38,151 bases of DNA, taken from the NCBI GenBank assembly GCA_003133815.1, contig PKZR01000281.1, positions 1 to 38,151 of the forward strand, given 5' to 3'. Positions 35,344-38,151 of the stretch are shown here, piece by piece. Numbering within the stretch: position 1 is the first letter of the stretch; the number at the start of each line of letters is the position of its first letter. Both the position numbers and the translations under genes were made by a program. Source of the stretch: Limisphaerales bacterium (GTDB lineage Bacteria; Verrucomicrobiota; Verrucomicrobiia; Limisphaerales; UBA11358). Under the pieces are notes generated by a model. The model was given only the letters and a program-made list of their open reading frames with translations, did not search any database and was not told the DNA's origin.

Positions 35344-36677
35344 TTTGCGATTTGAATCTTATCCTTCGCCTTTTCGACCAGCTCCATGTAACGCGAATCT
35401 GTCCCACCATCATTGGTAATCAGTATAACATCGTCCTGAAATGTCCCAAAACACACTTCTTCAACAATGCCGATTTTTGAAATGTCACCGAGAATGAGCT
35501 TCTTCCTGCCGTTCTTCATGAGGCTCAATTTGTTTTTGGTTTCGGCGTTGCTATGGGTGGTAAAACCTTTTTCAAAATGAATACCATTAACTCCTATAAT
35601 CGAAAAATCTACACCGCCTAGCTGGTCGAAAATATTTTGAAGCTGAACGGATTCTTGACCTTGCTCTTCAATCACGGCAAGGGTGTTGGGGCGGACTCTG
35701 CCACCACCCAAGTATAACTTAAAACCACTATTTTCGTCATCGAACCCCAGTCGGGTTCCTGTTTCCAAAAAAATGTTCGCTGCACTGATTGAAGTTGTGA
35801 CAATTGAGATGTTAAAGAGGGATTTGTTTGCAAGGCGCGTGCAAAGAATTTTCGCCAGTTCGTCAGTTGTAGAACCGGCGTCTAAAGCAATTTTGTGACC
35901 AGATCGAATGTGTTGTGCGGCGACTTTTGCTATTTTTCGCTTCGCCTCGGCGGATATTTTGCCTTTCCATTTGTAATGCTCCTCTCGGACATAAAGCTCG
36001 AAACCATCATAAACAAGACCCGGAATTAAATCATTTTGAATGATCTTGCGCATCAATGTTTCAAAATCATTGGAGTTATAGTCCGGTGACTTTGATTTTA
36101 GAATGGCGTGCAGTTCGTCCACTTGCAGCGGTTTTGACTCTCGATACCCAAAGACAACCTGCCTGATTGAGTCTGCAATTTCATTTAACACTTCATCGGT
36201 TCGATCAATAACAGACGCCTTTGTCACGCTTGCCGGGCTTCTGAGCGATTGTATGTCCCTGCAAATCAGTGAAAAAAGTTCTGATGTAATTCGCTTGGAT
36301 AATGCGCGCACCGAATTTTCAGTGTAGTCCTCAAGTTTTAGATATTTTCGTTCCTTGATTATTTCGGGCTTGATATTATTCCATGCTTCTTTATCAACAA
36401 CAATAGGCAGGAGAAAAACCCTGTCCAACTTGCGCTCTTGCTCCAGTGTCCATGAAATCTCTTTCTCTACCCATGGTGAATTCACCGAAAAGGAATCAAT
36501 GAAAAGCAAAATATAGTCGGTTTCCTTTTTTATTGCGTTTTCCAGACTGTGTTCAATTGAATCGCCTATTAGAAGTTTATCTTCATCAATCCATGTATTG
36601 ATATGGTCGGGGAGAATCTTGCGAATTTCGCGAACTAACGGCTTTTGACCGCTGCTATGGCTAAAAAATATTCTCAT
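35340..36677 (-). CDS. TIR domain fused to a DeoR-type module (degenerate wHTH-like linker + DeoR C-terminal sugar-phosphate sensor domain)
   Basis: ATG at 36677. TIR: MRIFFSHSSGQKP...DYILLFIDSFSVNSPWVEKEI, with a candidate catalytic Glu (E73, nt 36459-36461) in the S.W...E. motif. DeoRC: KIALDAGSTTDELAKIL, ISIVTTSISAANIF, LYLGGGRVRPNT, DFSIIGVNGI, KLILGDISKIG, VILITNDG. Confidence 0.8.
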   Translation of the reverse strand: MRIFFSHSSGQKPLVREIRKILPDHINTWIDEDKLLIGDSIEHSLENAIKKETDYILLFIDSFSVNSPWVEKEISWTLEQERKLDRVFLLPIVVDKEAWNNIKPEIIKERKYLKLEDYTENSVRALSKRITSELFSLICRDIQSLRSPASVTKASVIDRTDEVLNEIADSIRQVVFGYRESKPLQVDELHAILKSKSPDYNSNDFETLMRKIIQNDLIPGLVYDGFELYVREEHYKWKGKISAEAKRKIAKVAAQHIRSGHKIALDAGSTTDELAKILCTRLANKSLFNISIVTTSISAANIFLETGTRLGFDDENSGFKLYLGGGRVRPNTLAVIEEQGQESVQLQNIFDQLGGVDFSIIGVNGIHFEKGFTTHSNAETKNKLSLMKNGRKKLILGDISKIGIVEEVCFGTFQDDVILITNDGGTDSRYMELVEKAKDKIQIAK

Positions 36678-36887
36678 AAAATGTTTCCAGTTCCTGATTG
36701 CGACAGCAACAGCGCAACTTTGAGACGCATTGATTATATTGCTTAAAATCTACGTCCCGCAAGAACCAATCAATGTTGTGCCGTGTCTGTAAAATTTATT
36801 CACGGCCTTAAATTACCCTGCAAACTTGCCGCAAACGACAAACCTTGGCGCCTTCATTGACTGCCTGCCATCGTGCAAAATGGCGCG

Positions 36888-37790
36888 ATGGAATCACGCC
36901 TTCCACGATTCAACCGCGCCCCCATCGTTGCATCCATGCAGCTTGAGGAGCGCGACAGCCAGATCATCCGGCTCGTCCACCGGCACCGTTTTCTCCGTTC
37001 CGATCACATTGTTTCCTTCATGGGAGGCAGTCGGCAGCAGATTTTGCGACGATTGAAACTTTTGTATCACCACGGATATTTGGAACGCCCCCGTGCCCAA
37101 ATCCAATACTACGAGCGCGGCGGCTCCCGCAGCATTGCATACGGGTTAGGAAATAAAGGAGGGGTGGTGCTGCGGCAGCTTGGCATCACGGTGGATTCTG
37201 ATTCATGGACCGAAAAGAACCATGTCATCGGTCGGGTATATCTTGAACACGCCTTAATGGTGGCAGACGTGATGGCAGCGGTTGAACTCGCCTGCCGGAA
37301 ACATGGTGGCGTCCGGCTTCTCTACGAAGACGAGCTTGCACTTCCCATGGAACGTCAGCCGTTTGGTTGGCAGGTGAAGATTCAGAATGGTTTGAAACTT
37401 GGCGTCATCCCCGACCGTGTATTTGCATTGGATTTTTCAGATGCAAGTGGTCAAAACCAGCGTGTGCATTTCTTTCTTGAGGCCGACCGGGGAACCATGC
37501 CGGTCACGCGTCATACGCTTTCTCAAACTTCCTTTTTCCGCAAGCTGCTTGCATACGAAGCGACATGGACGCAGAAAATTCACCAGCGGTATCTTGGAAT
37601 CCATCGGTTCCGGGTGCTTGCCGTCACGATCAGTGCGGCACGGGTGAAATCAATTGGGGATGCGTGTTCCCAATTGAAACGCGGACACGGCTTGTTCCTG
37701 TTTGCCGATAAAACCATTTTGACCGGCGACATAATTTCTTCCGTCTGGCAGACCGGCAGGTCGGGGGAAATTGGGAGTCTGTTGGGTTAG
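36888..37790 (+). CDS. replication-relaxation (Replic_Relax) family protein
   Basis: The track start 36873 is GTG; in-frame ATGs lie at 36888 and 36936. LEERDSQIIRLVHRHRFLRSDHIVSF...ILRRLKLLYHHGYLER, ...IPDRVFAL...FFLEADRGTM. Confidence 0.75.
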   Translation: MESRLPRFNRAPIVASMQLEERDSQIIRLVHRHRFLRSDHIVSFMGGSRQQILRRLKLLYHHGYLERPRAQIQYYERGGSRSIAYGLGNKGGVVLRQLGITVDSDSWTEKNHVIGRVYLEHALMVADVMAAVELACRKHGGVRLLYEDELALPMERQPFGWQVKIQNGLKLGVIPDRVFALDFSDASGQNQRVHFFLEADRGTMPVTRHTLSQTSFFRKLLAYEATWTQKIHQRYLGIHRFRVLAVTISAARVKSIGDACSQLKRGHGLFLFADKTILTGDIISSVWQTGRSGEIGSLLG

Positions 37791-38113
37791 GATGCTGTTG
37801 AATCGTCCAAATAAACTTTAATTCCGAGATTAGCGGTTTCCAGTTCCAACGAGAAATCATCGGGAACTTGAACGGCATAGTAAAAATCGGGTTTGGCTCG
37901 CACGTTCAGCTTCGTCATCACAGATTCAGACAAATGAAAAATATTTGTGCTTATCGCCTTAGTCCGCAGGCAAGTGCCGTCCGCGAGTTCCACTTGAATT
38001 TTGGATCCTGGTGGCAGGCTTTTCTGCTTGCCGGCTTCGACGGGGTATCCGGGCAAAAGAAAATTGCCCCCTTCCATTTTTTCGCACGCATAGGCTTTGT
38101 AAAGAAGTTGCAT
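37787..38113 (-). CDS. hypothetical protein
   Basis: ATG at 38113. It is convergent with the Replic_Relax gene and overlaps its end by 4 nt. No motif recognised. Confidence 0.4.
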   Translation of the reverse strand: MQLLYKAYACEKMEGGNFLLPGYPVEAGKQKSLPPGSKIQVELADGTCLRTKAISTNIFHLSESVMTKLNVRAKPDFYYAVQVPDDFSLELETANLGIKVYLDDSTAS

Positions 38114-38151
38114 AACAAAACCAAATTGAACCGCACCGAGGTTGTGACACA

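Larger units (their letters stand above)
14350..38151. mobile_element. putative integrative/mobilisable genomic island rich in defence-type cargo (right end beyond the window; left end uncertain and may include 12882-14331)
   Basis: The region holds a large serine recombinase, a relic of a second recombinase, a T4CP-like ATPase and a replication-relaxation protein. These are interleaved with patatin, OLD, STAND and TIR genes. Composition is mosaic. No att repeats were identified by eye. Confidence 0.4.

Noticed and set aside
35340-36677. Thoeris assignment for the TIR gene
   Set aside because: No ThsA-type (SIR2/TM or Macro with SLOG) gene is adjacent. The TIR is fused to DeoRC and coupled to a kinase instead.
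1-38151. CRISPR arrays, rRNA genes, IS elements with terminal inverted repeats
   Set aside because: I saw no regularly spaced direct repeats, no rRNA-like conserved stretches and no transposase-like ORFs. The only recombination genes are the serine recombinase and its relic.

Overview
This 38.2-kb window looks like it comes from a PVC-group bacterium (Verrucomicrobiota/Planctomycetota-like). The basis is prepilin-type N-terminus + H-X9-DG proteins, a DUF1573-type SCGCT protein, Reg_prop propeller repeats and few Shine-Dalgarno sites. Positions 1-12.8 kb carry envelope and secreted-protein genes, all on the minus strand. They include a ~670-nt duplicated module that gives two Cys-rich secreted paralogues with near-identical N-terminal halves and unrelated C-terminal halves. 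From ~12.9 kb to the right edge the window reads as a mosaic mobile/defence island. In order it contains: an XRE + RuvC-like pair; an H-NS/H1-like basic protein; a large serine recombinase with two overlapping small ORFs; a patatin-Trypco2-trypsin operon preceded by uncharacterised membrane/lipoprotein genes; an OLD-family ATPase-Toprim nuclease with a tiny P-loop partner; a radical-SAM + small protein + Mrr-like/STAND NTPase operon; a ~320-nt GC-rich nested-hairpin element ending in an intrinsic terminator; a TM-less T4CP-like ATPase; a TIR-DeoR(sensor) fusion translationally coupled to a FruK-like PfkB kinase; and a replication-relaxation protein. I recognised no rRNA, tRNA or CRISPR array. 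The best candidates for undescribed systems are TIR-DeoRC + PfkB kinase (34399-36677) and radical SAM / small protein / STAND (26699-32408). The ORF track uses ATG/GTG/TTG starts (all printed as M) and is not exhaustive, so I reset several starts to internal ATGs and added a few short or broken ORFs by hand translation. All family assignments come from motif recognition by eye, not from searches.
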